Assembly: GCA_963843145.1 (NCBI GenBank)
Contig: CAWJJC010000010.1
Span: 64,001 to 128,000, forward strand
DNA from: an uncultured delta proteobacterium
GTDB taxonomy: Bacteria > Desulfobacterota > RBG-13-43-22
Direction of reading: 5' to 3'
Length of the DNA stretch: 64,000 bases
Numbering within the stretch: position 1 is the stretch's first letter; each line of letters begins with the position of its first letter. Shown in pieces: positions 30,007-40,908 of this stretch. The position numbers were made by a program, and so were the translations under genes. Under the pieces are notes generated by a model. It had not been told where the DNA came from and made no database searches. It saw only the letters and a list, made by a program, of their open reading frames with translations.

Positions 30007-31051
30007 TACTGTCCCTCCTCTCTATTTTCGACATGGCTCTAAAATACTCTTCCTCGCGGGTCTTATCGGTCAACTGGGCATAACGCCGGGTCTCCTCGAT
30101 ACTCCGGTGACCCAGCAAAACCTGGAGACACTCCAGACGCATACCGGCGTTGAGAAACTCCGTGGCAAAGGTGTGGCGAAGGGTATGCAGGGAATATCCC
30201 TTGTCCGCCAATCCCGCCTTCGCCAGATATCGTATAAAGATGGTCCGGGCGGTGCTGTAGGACATCGTCTCTGTCCGGGTATAGATCAGGTACTCCTCAC
30301 CGGGATTCCTCTTCTTCAACCACCTCCGCAGAGCCAGGGCCGCATCGTCACTGAGATAGACCACCCTCCCCAGGCGGTTCTTCTCCCCTTCGTAAATCTC
30401 TATCCTCCGCTCCTTGAGATGGACGTCGGCCATCTTGGTATTAAGCAGTTCACCGATCCGCAGACCCGTCCTCAACAAGACCAGGATCATGGCCCGGTCA
30501 CGAATATCTTCAATGACCGAAAGCAGCTTCCGCAGATCGTCAGGATCCATGGCCCGCGGCAGCCGCTCCGGTAATTGCAACCGTATCCTTCTGCTGAATA
30601 GTTCCGCAGAAACGATCCCTTCTTCTAACAGGTAACGGAGAAAGGCTTGCACACTCACCAGCCTGGTCCTGATCGTTGTAATCTTAATCCCCCGGTCCTG
30701 CTCCTGCTCAATGAACGCCTCCACATCCCTTCGGGTAATGGCTTCCAGGGATGCCCTGCCGCTCTCCCGTATCAGGCCAAGAAAAAGAATGATCGCCCCA
30801 AAACGACTGTATAAGGTCCTCGGTCTGCGGTTGCGAAGAGTCAGGTGACGAAGATAGGCTTCCACCTGATCCTTCCCCGGAAGGTCCATCCGGACCAGCC
30901 GTTTCAAAATCTTGCCAAGCGCTTCTAAACAGCCTTCAGGATGTATTTTAAATCGTAATCGCGTTTGATAATAACGGGGAGCGTTATCGGCGGGAATCTT
31001 AAAATCAGAAGATATACTCGTCTGCTGTAGATCACTATGTCCGTTCGTCAT
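29912..31051 (-). CDS. Tyrosine recombinase (XerC/D-like) with N-terminal extension, first gene
   Basis: GLRIGEL, GEKNRLGR, HTLRH, LGH, RRY: complete catalytic set; GGAGG RBS. Confidence 0.92.
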   Translation of the reverse strand: MTNGHSDLQQTSISSDFKIPADNAPRYYQTRLRFKIHPEGCLEALGKILKRLVRMDLPGKDQVEAYLRHLTLRNRRPRTLYSRFGAIILFLGLIRESGRASLEAITRRDVEAFIEQEQDRGIKITTIRTRLVSVQAFLRYLLEEGIVSAELFSRRIRLQLPERLPRAMDPDDLRKLLSVIEDIRDRAMILVLLRTGLRIGELLNTKMADVHLKERRIEIYEGEKNRLGRVVYLSDDAALALRRWLKKRNPGEEYLIYTRTETMSYSTARTIFIRYLAKAGLADKGYSLHTLRHTFATEFLNAGMRLECLQVLLGHRSIEETRRYAQLTDKTREEEYFRAMSKIERRDSNGDDRCDPELAEIFKAAELFAPCREELSEPH

Positions 31052-31213
31052 CTCTGCCTCCTTTTCTTAAATCAATAAGAAAATCAGACAGATGATGACT
31101 AATAAACACTTATCTGTCAAACATCAGCTTGGTACGTATAGCAGGAAGAAAGGCACAAAGCGCTCATCCTGGTTACCGGACCAGGCATGCCCATCCGGTA
31201 ACCAGCATGGAAT

Positions 31214-33017
31214 TTATTCAAACAGGTCCGCTTTCATCTCCACCGTCAACCCATCCCCTTCCATCAGCCGCCGGGCCAATCCCTCGATTTTGGGTAGCTC
31301 GTAATGGAAGAAATAGGCAAACGTCTGGATACTTCCCCTGGTAAAAATTATTTTCTTCTTCGGACAATTCCTTTTCCAGGGCCTTCCGGATGACCAGGGC
31401 CTGGACCAGCCACTGCCAGGCCACGGCAATGATGCCGAAGAATTCCAGGTAGAGGGTGGCGTCGGCCAGGAAGTATTCGGGGCCTTTCTCCTGGGAAATT
31501 TGGACCAGGCGGGCCGTGACCTCCTTCAATTTTCCCAGGGCCTCCTGCAGGCGCACGGCGTAAGGGGCCAGTGAGGAGACCTCCCGGGCCTGGGTGATGG
31601 TTTGCTCCACCTCCCGGAGATAAAGCTGGGCCGCCTTCCCGCCCTTCATGACCATTTTTCTTCCCAGCAGATCCAGGCCGTGGATCCCGGTGGTCCCTTC
31701 GTGGATGGGGTGGATGCGGGCGTCGCGGTAGAACAGTTCCAGGGGGAATTCGTCGCAGTAGCCGTACCCGCCCAGGATCTGCAGGCCTTGACTGACCGAA
31801 AGGAGGCCCATTTCCGAGGGATAGGTCTTGGCGACCGGTGTGAGCAGATCCAGCAGCAGTTCGTTCCGCTCTTTATCTTCCCCGGTGAGAACCCGGGCCC
31901 GGTCCGCATAGAGGCTGCATTGCAGCAGCAGGGAAAAAGACCCCTCGACTACGGCTCGCTGGAAAAGGAGCATGCGCTTTACGTCCGCGTGTTCGATGAT
32001 GTTGACCTGAGGCAGCGTGGGGTCCTTGGCCGCCAGCCGGCGACCCTGGGGCCGTTCCCGGGCGTATTGCAGCGAGGCATAGTAGGCCGCCGAGGCGATG
32101 GCCGTAGCGCTCATCCCCACGTCGATCCGGGCTTCGTTCATCATCTGGAACATGTAGGCCAGGCCTTTGTGGGGTTCGCCTACCAGGTAGCCGCGGCAGT
32201 CATTGTTCTCCCCCAGGCTCAACTGGCAGATGGGCGATCCCCGGTAGCCCAGCTTATGGAAGCTGCCGGCCACCTGGATGTCGTTGCGCGCCAAAGAGCC
32301 GTCTGCTTCGGGGCGAAACTTAGGCACCACGAACAGGGAGATCCCCTTGACCCCCGGCGGGGCCCCCTTGATCCGGGCCAGCAACAGGTTGACGATATTG
32401 TCCACCCCGTCATGGTCGCTGGCCGAAATGAAGATTTTCTGGCCCCGCAGCAGATAATAGTCCTGATCGGTGGGTTCGGCCAGGGTGCTGAGGTCGGACA
32501 GGGAGCTGCCGGCCTGGGGTTCGGTCAGGGCCATGGTGCCCTGCCACTCGCCGGCGTACATCCGGGGAATGTAGGTTTCCTTAAGCGTCTGGGAACCGAA
32601 GGACTCGATCAGATGGGCCGCCCCGGCGGTCAACAGGGGGTAGACGCTGGCCGAGTAATTGGCGGCCGAAAGAATAAAACGGACCACGGCCCCGATCAAG
32701 AGGGGCAGTTGCTGGCCGCCGTATTCGTAGGGGGCCAGTGCGGAGATCCAGCCGCCCTCCCCGCAGGTCCGCATCCACTCCCGGACCATGGGATGGACTT
32801 TGACCTCCCCGTCGATGAATCGGGGGGGATTTTGATCCATCTCCCGGAGCAGCGGCTGCAGGATGTCCCGTCCCAGTTTGAGGGCCGTATCCAGGACCAG
32901 ATCGAAGATTTCCCGGCCGTGTTCGGCGTAGGTATCATATTGGGTCAAGGCTTCGGCATCGAAGACCTCGTAGAGCATGAACTTTACATTTCGTTCGCTG
33001 ATGAATTTCTCGGCCAC
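31214..33017 (-). CDS. Acyl-CoA dehydrogenase (long type), frameshift near 3' end
   Basis: GTMALTEPQAGS, KIFIS, MFQMMNEARI, GGYGY, IHEGTTGIH. Confidence 0.92.
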
Positions 33018-33181
33018 TCCGAAGACCTCCCTATCGATACAAAGCCCCGGCGTTAAGCGATTCCACGTCCTTTTCCGATAAATTCTTGGGATTAGGGAAG
33101 AACAGCCGGGCTTGCCTCCTTCCGCCTTCTACCGGTCTGGGGAGATCCGACTTCGAGGTCCCGTCCGAATTTGTCAAAAGA

Positions 33182-34830
33182 TTAACCTCCAAGGGTCTTC
33201 CTAATCACTTTTTTATCCAGTTTCCCCACACTGGTTTTGGGAATGGTATCGATAAAAATATAACGATCCGGAACACCATACTTGGGCAATTTCCCTTCAT
33301 CGGCAAATCGCCTCATGAATTGTTTTAAATCTTCTGCAGAGACTTTGTCCCGATATTCCGGTTTAAGGGTGACGACCATCAAAGGCCTTTCACCCCATTT
33401 TGGATCCGGAACCCCAATGGCCGCCGATTCCAGGACGGCTTCATGCCCACTGAGCATGTTTTCCAAATCCAAGGAAGAAACCCATTCTCCGCCGGTCTTG
33501 ATTACATCTTTGATACGATCGGTAATCTGCAGATACCCGTCCGGATCAATAAAACCCACGTCACCGCTGTGCAGCCAGCCGCTTCGCCACAGATCTGCCG
33601 TCTTATCCGGGGCCTTAAAATAGCCTTGGGTCAGCCAGGGGGATCGCATCACCACTTCACCTTTGGATACACCATCATGGGGCAAGATTCGGTCGTCCGG
33701 ATCCACCACTTCAATCTCCGCCAAAGGAATGGGCCTACCGGTTTTGATGACCGTGTCTAACAAATCATCCTTAGAGCATTCCAACTGGTCTTCCGGCACA
33801 GAGGCTACGGTCATGACCGGGCAGGTTTCAGACATCCCATAACCAGCCTCAATCTCAATACCGCGCTCTTGGGCTTCTTTAGCCAGTCCTCGCGGTAATC
33901 GGGCCCCGCCGATAAGCACTTTCCAGTGCGACAAATCCACCTCGTTTATGGCCGGACTATTTAACAACATTTGCAGAATCGTGGGCACACAGTGGGAAAG
34001 GGTTACCTTTTCCCGTTGAATCAGCCGCAACAGCTTTTCCGGCTCATATGGACCCGGATAAACCTGCTTGGCCCCAAGCAAGGTGGCCACGTAAGGAAAA
34101 CCCCAAGCATGAACATGAAACATAGGGGTCAGGGGCATATAAACGTCATTGGATCTAAACCGGCCTAACGTATGATAACTTCCCTTTAATACCGCTACGG
34201 AAAAGGTATGCAGCACCAATTGTCGATGGGTAAAGTATACCCCTTTGGGATGGCCGGTTGTCCCGGTGGTATAGAACGTGGTGGCTTTGGTATTTTCATC
34301 CAGGTCGGCAAAAGGATAAAGGGCATCTTCCGCTTGAACCAACTGCTCATATTCTGCGTCGGCTTTCAATATTTCGTCTCGGTCCGGCTTTCATCCTCCA
34401 CAATAACCACCAAGGTCTTGACCGAGATAAGATCCTTCCATAATTTTTCCAGGATGGGTAGAAAGGCTGTATTGGTGATGATCATTTTGGCTTCGGCGTG
34501 ATTAAGCGTGTACAATATTTGCTCAACCGACAAACGCCAATTGACCGTTTGGAGCACCGCCCCCATCATAGGGACAGCAAAGAAACATTCCAGGTAGCGA
34601 GGACTGTCATAATCCAAAACCGCCACCGTATCACCCATCTTGATGCCCAGGCGGTTGAGTCCGTTGGCCAACCGGTGGATGCGATCATGGAGTGTTTTGT
34701 AGTTATATCGACTTTTATCGGCATAGACAATTTCTCGATCCGGAGAATAGATCAACGGGGTATTCAGCAGTTTTTTGATAATTAACGGATACTGATAATA
34801 TTCTCCGGGATGATAGTTCTTAGCGGTCAT
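33182..34830 (-). CDS. Fatty-acid-CoA ligase (DmdB/AlkK-like), frameshift near 34370
   Basis: YTTGTTGHPKG, GYGMSET, DRIKDVIKTGGEW, KTSVGK. Confidence 0.9.
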
Positions 34831-34844
34831 AAAAAACCCTCCCT

Positions 34845-35541
34845 TTATACTTCCAGCCATTCTTTTCGAATGGAAAGATCGTTTTTTAAATCTTCCGGCG
34901 TGCCTTCAAAAACAATCCGCCCATGGCCCATGATGTACAGGCGCTTGGAGATCTTCAAGGCGATACTCAACTTCTGCTCCACCAGGAGCACCGCGATTTC
35001 CCGCTGGGCAATTTGTTCGATCAATTGGCCCATGATTTCAACCAGCATGGGGGCTAAACCCTCGGTGGGCTCGTCGATCATGATAAAATCCGGATCTCCC
35101 ATCAGTGTCGCGGCAGATGGTCAGCATCTGCTTTTCGCCGCCGGAAATCAACCCGCCGGCCACGTTGTGGCGTTCACGGAGGTTGGGAAACATTTCAAAC
35201 ACCTGGTCAATGGTCCAGCGGCCTTTTTGTTTTCGGCTCTTCAAACCCAACTGAAGATTCTGCAGCACCGTCAGGTCGGGAAAAATCCAGCGGTCCTCGG
35301 GGACAAATCCGATTCCTTTGCGGGCGATGATGTGCGGCCTAAGCCCGATGATCTCCTGATCCTGGTAGAGGATCGATCCCTGGGCCGGAACGAGCCCCAT
35401 GATCGATTTGCAGGTGGTGGAACGCCCGACGCCGTTGCGGCCCAGCAAACCGACGATCTCCCCTTTTCCGACCTGCAGGCACACCCCTTGAAGTATGTGG
35501 CTGCGGCCGTAATAGGCGTGCAGGTCATTTATCTCCAGCAT
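34845..35541 (-). CDS. livF: LivF-like ABC ATPase, frameshifted near 35105
   Basis: GRNGVGRST, SGGEKQML, IDEPTEGL. Confidence 0.85.
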
Positions 35542-36297
35542 TTAGGCCAGCTCCTTTCCCAGATAGGCTTCCTGAACCCGGGCGTTGCTGCGAATGTTAG
35601 CGGGGGTATCCGTGGCCATCAGCTCCCCATAGACCAGCACGGAAATGCGATCAGCCAGGTCAAAAACGACGCTCATGTCGTGCTCGACCATGATCAGTGT
35701 CTTGTCGTTCGTAACGCTGCGTATCAATTCGACGGCCCGTTCGGTCTCGCTTTTACTCATCCCGGCCGTCGGCTCGTCCAGCAGGATGACCTCGGCATCT
35801 CCGGCGATGGTGATCCCGATTTCCAGGGCCCGCTGTTCGGCATAGGCCAGCAGACCGGCCGGAATGTCCCTTCGGTCGGCCATGTTTATTTTCTCTAAAA
35901 GCTCCTCGGCTTTTTCATTTACCTTTTTAAGTCGTCCGCAGAGATGCCAGAAGGAATATCGATAGCCCATAGGCCACAGCAGGGCGCAGCGAATATTCTC
36001 GAAAACGCTCATACGGGGGAAAATGTTGGTCACCTGAAAACTTCGGGAAAGGCCGCAGCGATTGATCTGATGGGAGGGCAGGCCGGTGATGTCACGCCCT
36101 TTCAGTTCAATGCGGCCCGAATTGACGGGATAAAAGCCGCTGATCAGATTAAAGAGGGTGGATTTGCCGGCCCCGTTGGGCCCGATGATGGCGTGTCGTT
36201 CCCCACTGAGAACTTCCAGGGTGACTCTGTTGATGATTTTGCTGCTGCCGAAGCTTTTATTAATATCGATCAGTTTGAGGGCGGTGGCGGTCATCAC
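35542..36297 (-). CDS. livG: LivG-like ABC ATPase
   Basis: [22 protein letters not shown]. Confidence 0.9.
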   Translation of the reverse strand: MMTATALKLIDINKSFGSSKIINRVTLEVLSGERHAIIGPNGAGKSTLFNLISGFYPVNSGRIELKGRDITGLPSHQINRCGLSRSFQVTNIFPRMSVFENIRCALLWPMGYRYSFWHLCGRLKKVNEKAEELLEKINMADRRDIPAGLLAYAEQRALEIGITIAGDAEVILLDEPTAGMSKSETERAVELIRSVTNDKTLIMVEHDMSVVFDLADRISVLVYGELMATDTPANIRSNARVQEAYLGKELA

Positions 36298-37574
36298 GAA
36301 GCCCCCTTCTTCATTTCAGAGGATACCTCTTGCCAGCACTGGCTGACCCTCCTAGCCGCCCGGCGAAAAAACAAAAAACCGATAAGGATCAGTCCGATCG
36401 CCACCGCCCAGGGGAGGGGGGACTGGGCACTGAAGCTGATTTTAAACAATTTCATGGGGGCGGTCGGATCGATACTCAGGGAAAGGTGGTAATTGATTTC
36501 AATCAGGATCATGGCCCCGAAGAACAACACCAGGCCCGGCAGGACGGCCCGGACATAAGCAGGAAGGAGCCGCCGCATCAGCCCGGCCTTCCAGACCGGC
36601 TCATGGATCATGATGATGCCGGCCAAACCGTTGGGAGCCCAAATCACCATCCCCATAAAGAGAAGACCGAAATAAAGCAGCCAGGCATGGGTGATATTGG
36701 CCAGAGAGAGCTGCATAAAGGTGACCAGCACGGCGCCCAGAATGGGTCCGAAAAAATGGCCTACCCCCCCGATATAGGTCATCATCAAAACATTGGCGGA
36801 AGGAATTTGTCCGACCGTCTCGGCGGTGACCAGCTCGTAGTTGATGGCATACAGTCCGCCGGCAATACCGGCAAAAAAGGAAGCCAGGGTATACTGCAGA
36901 GTCCGCACCCGATGGGGATCGTAACCGACGAAAGGGGCCCGCTCCGGGTTGTCCCGGACGGCGTTGGCCAAACGTCCCAGGGGTGTCTGGGTCAGCAGAT
37001 ACATGAGGATGGCGCTGGTCATGGTCCAGAAGGCAATCAGATAATAGACCGCGATTTGTCTTCCGAAGTGGATTCCCGTAATAGCCAGGATGGAGGTGCG
37101 GTTCCCGGAAATCCCCTGCTCCCCCCCGAAAAAACTGGGCAGCATCAGGGCGCTGGAGGCGATCAATTCCCCGATGCCCAGGGTAATCAGGGCAAAAGTT
37201 GTCCCGGCCCGCTTGGTGGCCAGCCAGCCGAAGATCAGACCGAAGACAACCGACCCCACTCCCCCGACCAGGGGCATCAGCTCCAGGGGTATGGGCAGAA
37301 CCCCTCCACTGACCAGGTTGAGGACATGGATCGAAATGAACCCGCCCAGCCCATAGAATACCGCATGTCCGAAAGACAACAATCCCCCTTCCCCGAGCAG
37401 CATGTTATAGGAGAGGGCGAAGATGATGGCGATGCCCATCTGGCTGAGCATGGACCGGGAGAAACTGGAGCGGAAGATCAACGGCAGAAGACAGGCCAGG
37501 ATGGCCGCCCCGATCCAAAATCCGTAGCGGCGCCAAAAATAAAGAAACTTCGATTTTTCTTCAATGGGGCTCAT
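36294..37574 (-). CDS. livM: LivM-like ABC permease
   Basis: LSFGHAVFYGLG, AVRDNPERA, IGGVGHFFGPILG. Confidence 0.88.
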   Translation of the reverse strand: MSPIEEKSKFLYFWRRYGFWIGAAILACLLPLIFRSSFSRSMLSQMGIAIIFALSYNMLLGEGGLLSFGHAVFYGLGGFISIHVLNLVSGGVLPIPLELMPLVGGVGSVVFGLIFGWLATKRAGTTFALITLGIGELIASSALMLPSFFGGEQGISGNRTSILAITGIHFGRQIAVYYLIAFWTMTSAILMYLLTQTPLGRLANAVRDNPERAPFVGYDPHRVRTLQYTLASFFAGIAGGLYAINYELVTAETVGQIPSANVLMMTYIGGVGHFFGPILGAVLVTFMQLSLANITHAWLLYFGLLFMGMVIWAPNGLAGIIMIHEPVWKAGLMRRLLPAYVRAVLPGLVLFFGAMILIEINYHLSLSIDPTAPMKLFKISFSAQSPLPWAVAIGLILIGFLFFRRAARRVSQCWQEVSSEMKKGAS

Positions 37575-38521
37575 GATTCCCTTTTTCCCATCAAGCCTTT
37601 CGGACGGAATATGAGCATCAAGACCATAAACAGATAGGGCAGGATAGGACCGGTATGGGATATCTGGATTCGCAAGAAATCCTTTAACAGACCGTTGGAC
37701 ATAAGATGGATGCCGAAGAAGCCCAATACATCGTTCAACGAAACCTGGATTCCGACCGCGAAGGTTTGAATGGCGCCCAGGAGTAGAGAGGCGACAAAGG
37801 CCCCGGTCAGAGATCCCATACCGCCGACGACAATGACCACAAAAACGATAGGGCCAAGGTGGGTGGCCATGGAAGGTTCGGTGACCAGATAATTGCCACC
37901 GATCACCCCGGCCAGACCGGCCAGGGCCGAACCGCCGCCGAAGACCGCCATAAAGACCCCGGGCACGTTATGGCCCAGGGTGCTGACCCCGTCCGGATGG
38001 GTTAGGGCCGCCTGGATGATCAATCCGATGCGGGTGCGGGTCAGGACCAGAAAAAGGAGGACGAACATGCCCACGGAAATGACCAGCATAAAGGCCCGGT
38101 AGGCTGAAAAATCCGTTCCAAAAACGGTAACCAGGGGAAAATTCAGCCTGGGCGGGATTTGATAGGGCACCGCACTCCGCCCCCAGATGAGATTGACGAG
38201 CTCCTCGATGAGATAGGCCAATCCCACGGTAAACAACAGTTCGGCCGCATGGCCGTACTTGTGAACGGACCTCAGCCCATAGCGCTCCACCACCACCCCC
38301 AGCAGACCAACCAGCAGGGGCGCCACCACCAGCCCGGGCCAGAACCCGACGAAGGCGCTGATCTGAAAGGCAAAGTAGGCCCCCAACATGAAGAAGCTGG
38401 CGTGGGCGAAATTGAGGACCCCCATCATGCCGAAAATCAGAGTAAGCCCGCTGGAAAGCATGAACAACAGCAGTCCATAAAGAAGACTGTTTATGGAGGA
38501 AACGACGATATATTCAAGCAT
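37571..38521 (-). CDS. livH: LivH-like ABC permease
   Basis: GLTLIFGMMGVLNFAH, VVGGMGS, FRPKGLMG. Confidence 0.88.
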   Translation of the reverse strand: MLEYIVVSSINSLLYGLLLFMLSSGLTLIFGMMGVLNFAHASFFMLGAYFAFQISAFVGFWPGLVVAPLLVGLLGVVVERYGLRSVHKYGHAAELLFTVGLAYLIEELVNLIWGRSAVPYQIPPRLNFPLVTVFGTDFSAYRAFMLVISVGMFVLLFLVLTRTRIGLIIQAALTHPDGVSTLGHNVPGVFMAVFGGGSALAGLAGVIGGNYLVTEPSMATHLGPIVFVVIVVGGMGSLTGAFVASLLLGAIQTFAVGIQVSLNDVLGFFGIHLMSNGLLKDFLRIQISHTGPILPYLFMVLMLIFRPKGLMGKRES

Positions 38522-38616
38522 GAGTTTCTATTATCTATTAAAGGATTCCGGCAATCGCGGTTTATACTCTATTTCCTCCCGAAAAAGGCGGCCATGACTC
38601 GCCACGGAAGAGGTCA

Positions 38617-38679
38617 AGGATTCATGGGTCAATGGGGAAGGTGTTGATATCAACACCTTCCCCATGACCCATGAATCCT
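38617..38679. repeat. Long near-perfect palindrome downstream of the substrate-binding gene
   Basis: aggattcatgggtca(a)tggggaaggtgttgat|atcaacaccttccccatgacccatgaatcct. Confidence 0.8.
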
Positions 38680-38701
38680 CGAATCCATATTTTCAAATTA
38701 C

Positions 38702-39976
38702 CTACTTGGCAGGTCTCTTCATTTTACAGGTCGTCGGCATGGCCGTAGCGGCCGCCTCAATACGGGCATCCGTCTTCCAGCCTTCCCCAGAATTTTCAAA
38801 ATCGTATTTGACACCATGGGTACCCACCTTGGTTAGTGTGGAGATGTACAGAGGCTGAATCAACTGATGGTCTTCAGCTCGCATGGTCACCATCCCGTCC
38901 GGGGTTTGATACTGCATCCCTTCCAGGGCAAAGGCCACGGCCTTGGCCTCGGTGCTCTTGGCCTTGTCAATGGCCCTGGCCAACATTTCCATCTCTGTCC
39001 GGATACGGCCATAAGCCCAAGGCATCTTGCCGCCATCGGAGTATTTCTTGTTATAGTCCAGGAAAAATTTGCAGTCCTCCGGTTTTTTCTCCTCCACACA
39101 GAGGTTATTATGCCACTCGGTTACCTGATTGACCAGTTCATCACCAGCGGCCCCAATGGCGGACACTGCCCCACCCAAACCGGCATAAAAAGTGAAGTAT
39201 TTGACATTGAGACCAGCCTCCTTGCTGGCCTTGACCAGAAGAGTCAAGTCATTCCCCCAGTTGCCGGTAATGACCGTATCGGCACCGGAGGCCTTGATCA
39301 TGGCTACGTAGGGGGCGAAATCCTTGACCTTTCCAAGAGGAATCAGGGTGCTGCCTACGATCTGGATGTCCGGACGCTTGGCCTTCAGCATTGCCAGGGA
39401 GGCGTCCCGCACCGAATGACCGAAGACATAGTCTTGGTTGATCAAATAGACTTTTTTGATGTTCTTCTGACTTTTAATATAATCGGTAATGGCAGCGATC
39501 TTCATGTCCACATGGGCATCGAAGCGGAAGTGCCAGAAGCTGCAGCCTTCGTTGGTGAAGGCCGGGGTGATCGCCGCGTAATTAAAGAAGACCACCTGCT
39601 TGTCCGGATTGCGTTCATTATGCTTGTTGATGGCATCGATCAAGGCCCCGGCCACACTGGAACCGTTGCCCTGGGTAATAAAGCGGATTCCCTGATCGAT
39701 GGCGCTATTCAGTTGAACCAGGCTGTCGTTGGCGCTTAATTTGCCATCGAAGCCTATGACCTCAAGTTTCTTTCCGCCCAGAACCCCTCCTCGGGCGTTG
39801 ATCTGTTCGGCCATGTATTTAAAATGTTTAAGTCCGGCATCGCCTATATTGGCAAAGGCCCCGGAAAGGGGGTCGATATAGGCGATTTTAATAGTCTCGG
39901 CCGCCATACCAGACCCGCAAACCATGATGATAAGTCCTAAACCAACCAAAACCGCAACCATTCTTTTTAGTCCCAT
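38702..39976 (-). CDS. Liv-type ABC substrate-binding protein
   Basis: Signal peptide, IKIAYIDPLSG, MRAEDHQ. Confidence 0.9.
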   Translation of the reverse strand: MGLKRMVAVLVGLGLIIMVCGSGMAAETIKIAYIDPLSGAFANIGDAGLKHFKYMAEQINARGGVLGGKKLEVIGFDGKLSANDSLVQLNSAIDQGIRFITQGNGSSVAGALIDAINKHNERNPDKQVVFFNYAAITPAFTNEGCSFWHFRFDAHVDMKIAAITDYIKSQKNIKKVYLINQDYVFGHSVRDASLAMLKAKRPDIQIVGSTLIPLGKVKDFAPYVAMIKASGADTVITGNWGNDLTLLVKASKEAGLNVKYFTFYAGLGGAVSAIGAAGDELVNQVTEWHNNLCVEEKKPEDCKFFLDYNKKYSDGGKMPWAYGRIRTEMEMLARAIDKAKSTEAKAVAFALEGMQYQTPDGMVTMRAEDHQLIQPLYISTLTKVGTHGVKYDFENSGEGWKTDARIEAAATAMPTTCKMKRPAK

Positions 39977-40068
39977 AATAATCTCCTTTCAGGGGTTAAG
40001 TATTTTCTATTTTTGATAGAATTTTCTCTTCGCTGGAAAAAGTATCATTTATCAAGCCGTCCTTGCCG

Positions 40069-40768
40069 TTAGAGGGGATGCTGGTTAAATTGAATCCTTT
40101 TACCCCGGGGGTTCTCCTTCCCCATGATCAGCAGGCTTTGGATACAACTCATCAGCAGATCAACCGCCTGATCCCTGGGGTAATTCTTCAAACTCCAGCG
40201 TCGCAGGGAAAGGAAGGATAATAAATAGACCACCAGGTTGGCAAAAAAGTACGTATCTTCGATCCGGGCTAAACCCTTCTTGTTGGCTTCATCCAATAAG
40301 TTCTTCAACATGATAATATAGCGGGTTTCCTGTTCCAGAATGGACTGCAACATTTCCTTGCTCAGGGAGCCGGACTCACGATAAAGCAGGGTGATTTCTT
40401 CTTGAAAATTATAGGTTTTCTCCAAGGCATTCCGGATGATAGCGGCTAATTCCCCGGAACGGATACTCGAATTCGTCTTCCTGGATGTCAAAAAGGGTGC
40501 GATACACCTGATGGATCATATCCTGATGCACCAGATAAATATCCTCCTTCGTCCGGATATAATCATACAGGTTTCCCATGCTGAAGGAGGTGGCTTTGGC
40601 AATATCGCGAATGCTGGTCTGGTGATAACCCTTCTCAATAAATATCTTGGTCGCCGCGCTGATTAGTTGCCGTCTTCGGCGTTCGACCAAGCCTGTATTC
40701 TTGATCTGGGTGGAAACCGTGACCGGCCCCCGCGTTGCTGCTCCAACAGTTTTCGCTTTTCCCTTCAT
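40069..40768 (-). CDS. TetR family regulator, frameshifted
   Basis: FIEKGYHQTSIRDIAK...GNLYDYIRTKED. Confidence 0.85.
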
Positions 40769-40786
40769 CGGGCCTTCCGAGATTTC

Positions 40787-40830
40787 CGAGCGAATGCTCG
40801 CTATCATACTAATTTAAGGAAATCTGTCAA
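40787..40830 (-). promoter_or_regulatory. TetR promoter and candidate operator
   Basis: TTGACA-16-TATGAT (minus strand); CGAGC-N4-GCTCG at 40787-40800. Confidence 0.55.
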
Positions 40831-40908
40831 GGATTTTTTAGCATCCTTTGAATCTCTTTCGGATTTCGATTGCGAAACCATCCACAGGCGAAGTGCATCG
40901 CTTGGAAG

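Larger units (their letters stand above)
29033..31141 (-). mobile_element. IS-like element encoding two tyrosine recombinases
   Basis: TIRs ctatacgtactaa / ttggtacgtatag (12/13); subterminal 17-bp IR 29048-29064 / 31072-31088; flanking direct repeat CAGGAAG at 29026-29032 and 31142-31148. Confidence 0.85.

Noticed and set aside
20600-31051. Integron (tyrosine recombinase plus cassette array)
   Set aside because: Neither recombinase shows the IntI-specific insertion, both are enclosed in their own TIR-bounded element, the small genes are in mixed orientation and no attC sites were seen
29113-31051. Housekeeping xerC/xerD or a RIT element
   Set aside because: Tandem overlapping genes inside TIRs with a flanking direct repeat argue against chromosomal Xer; there is no room for a third recombinase between the ends
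31602-33056. Long antisense ORFs (also 36330-37637, 41206-42393, 52491-53810, 59224-60498)
   Set aside because: Shadow frames opposite well-supported GC-rich genes; no recognisable motifs
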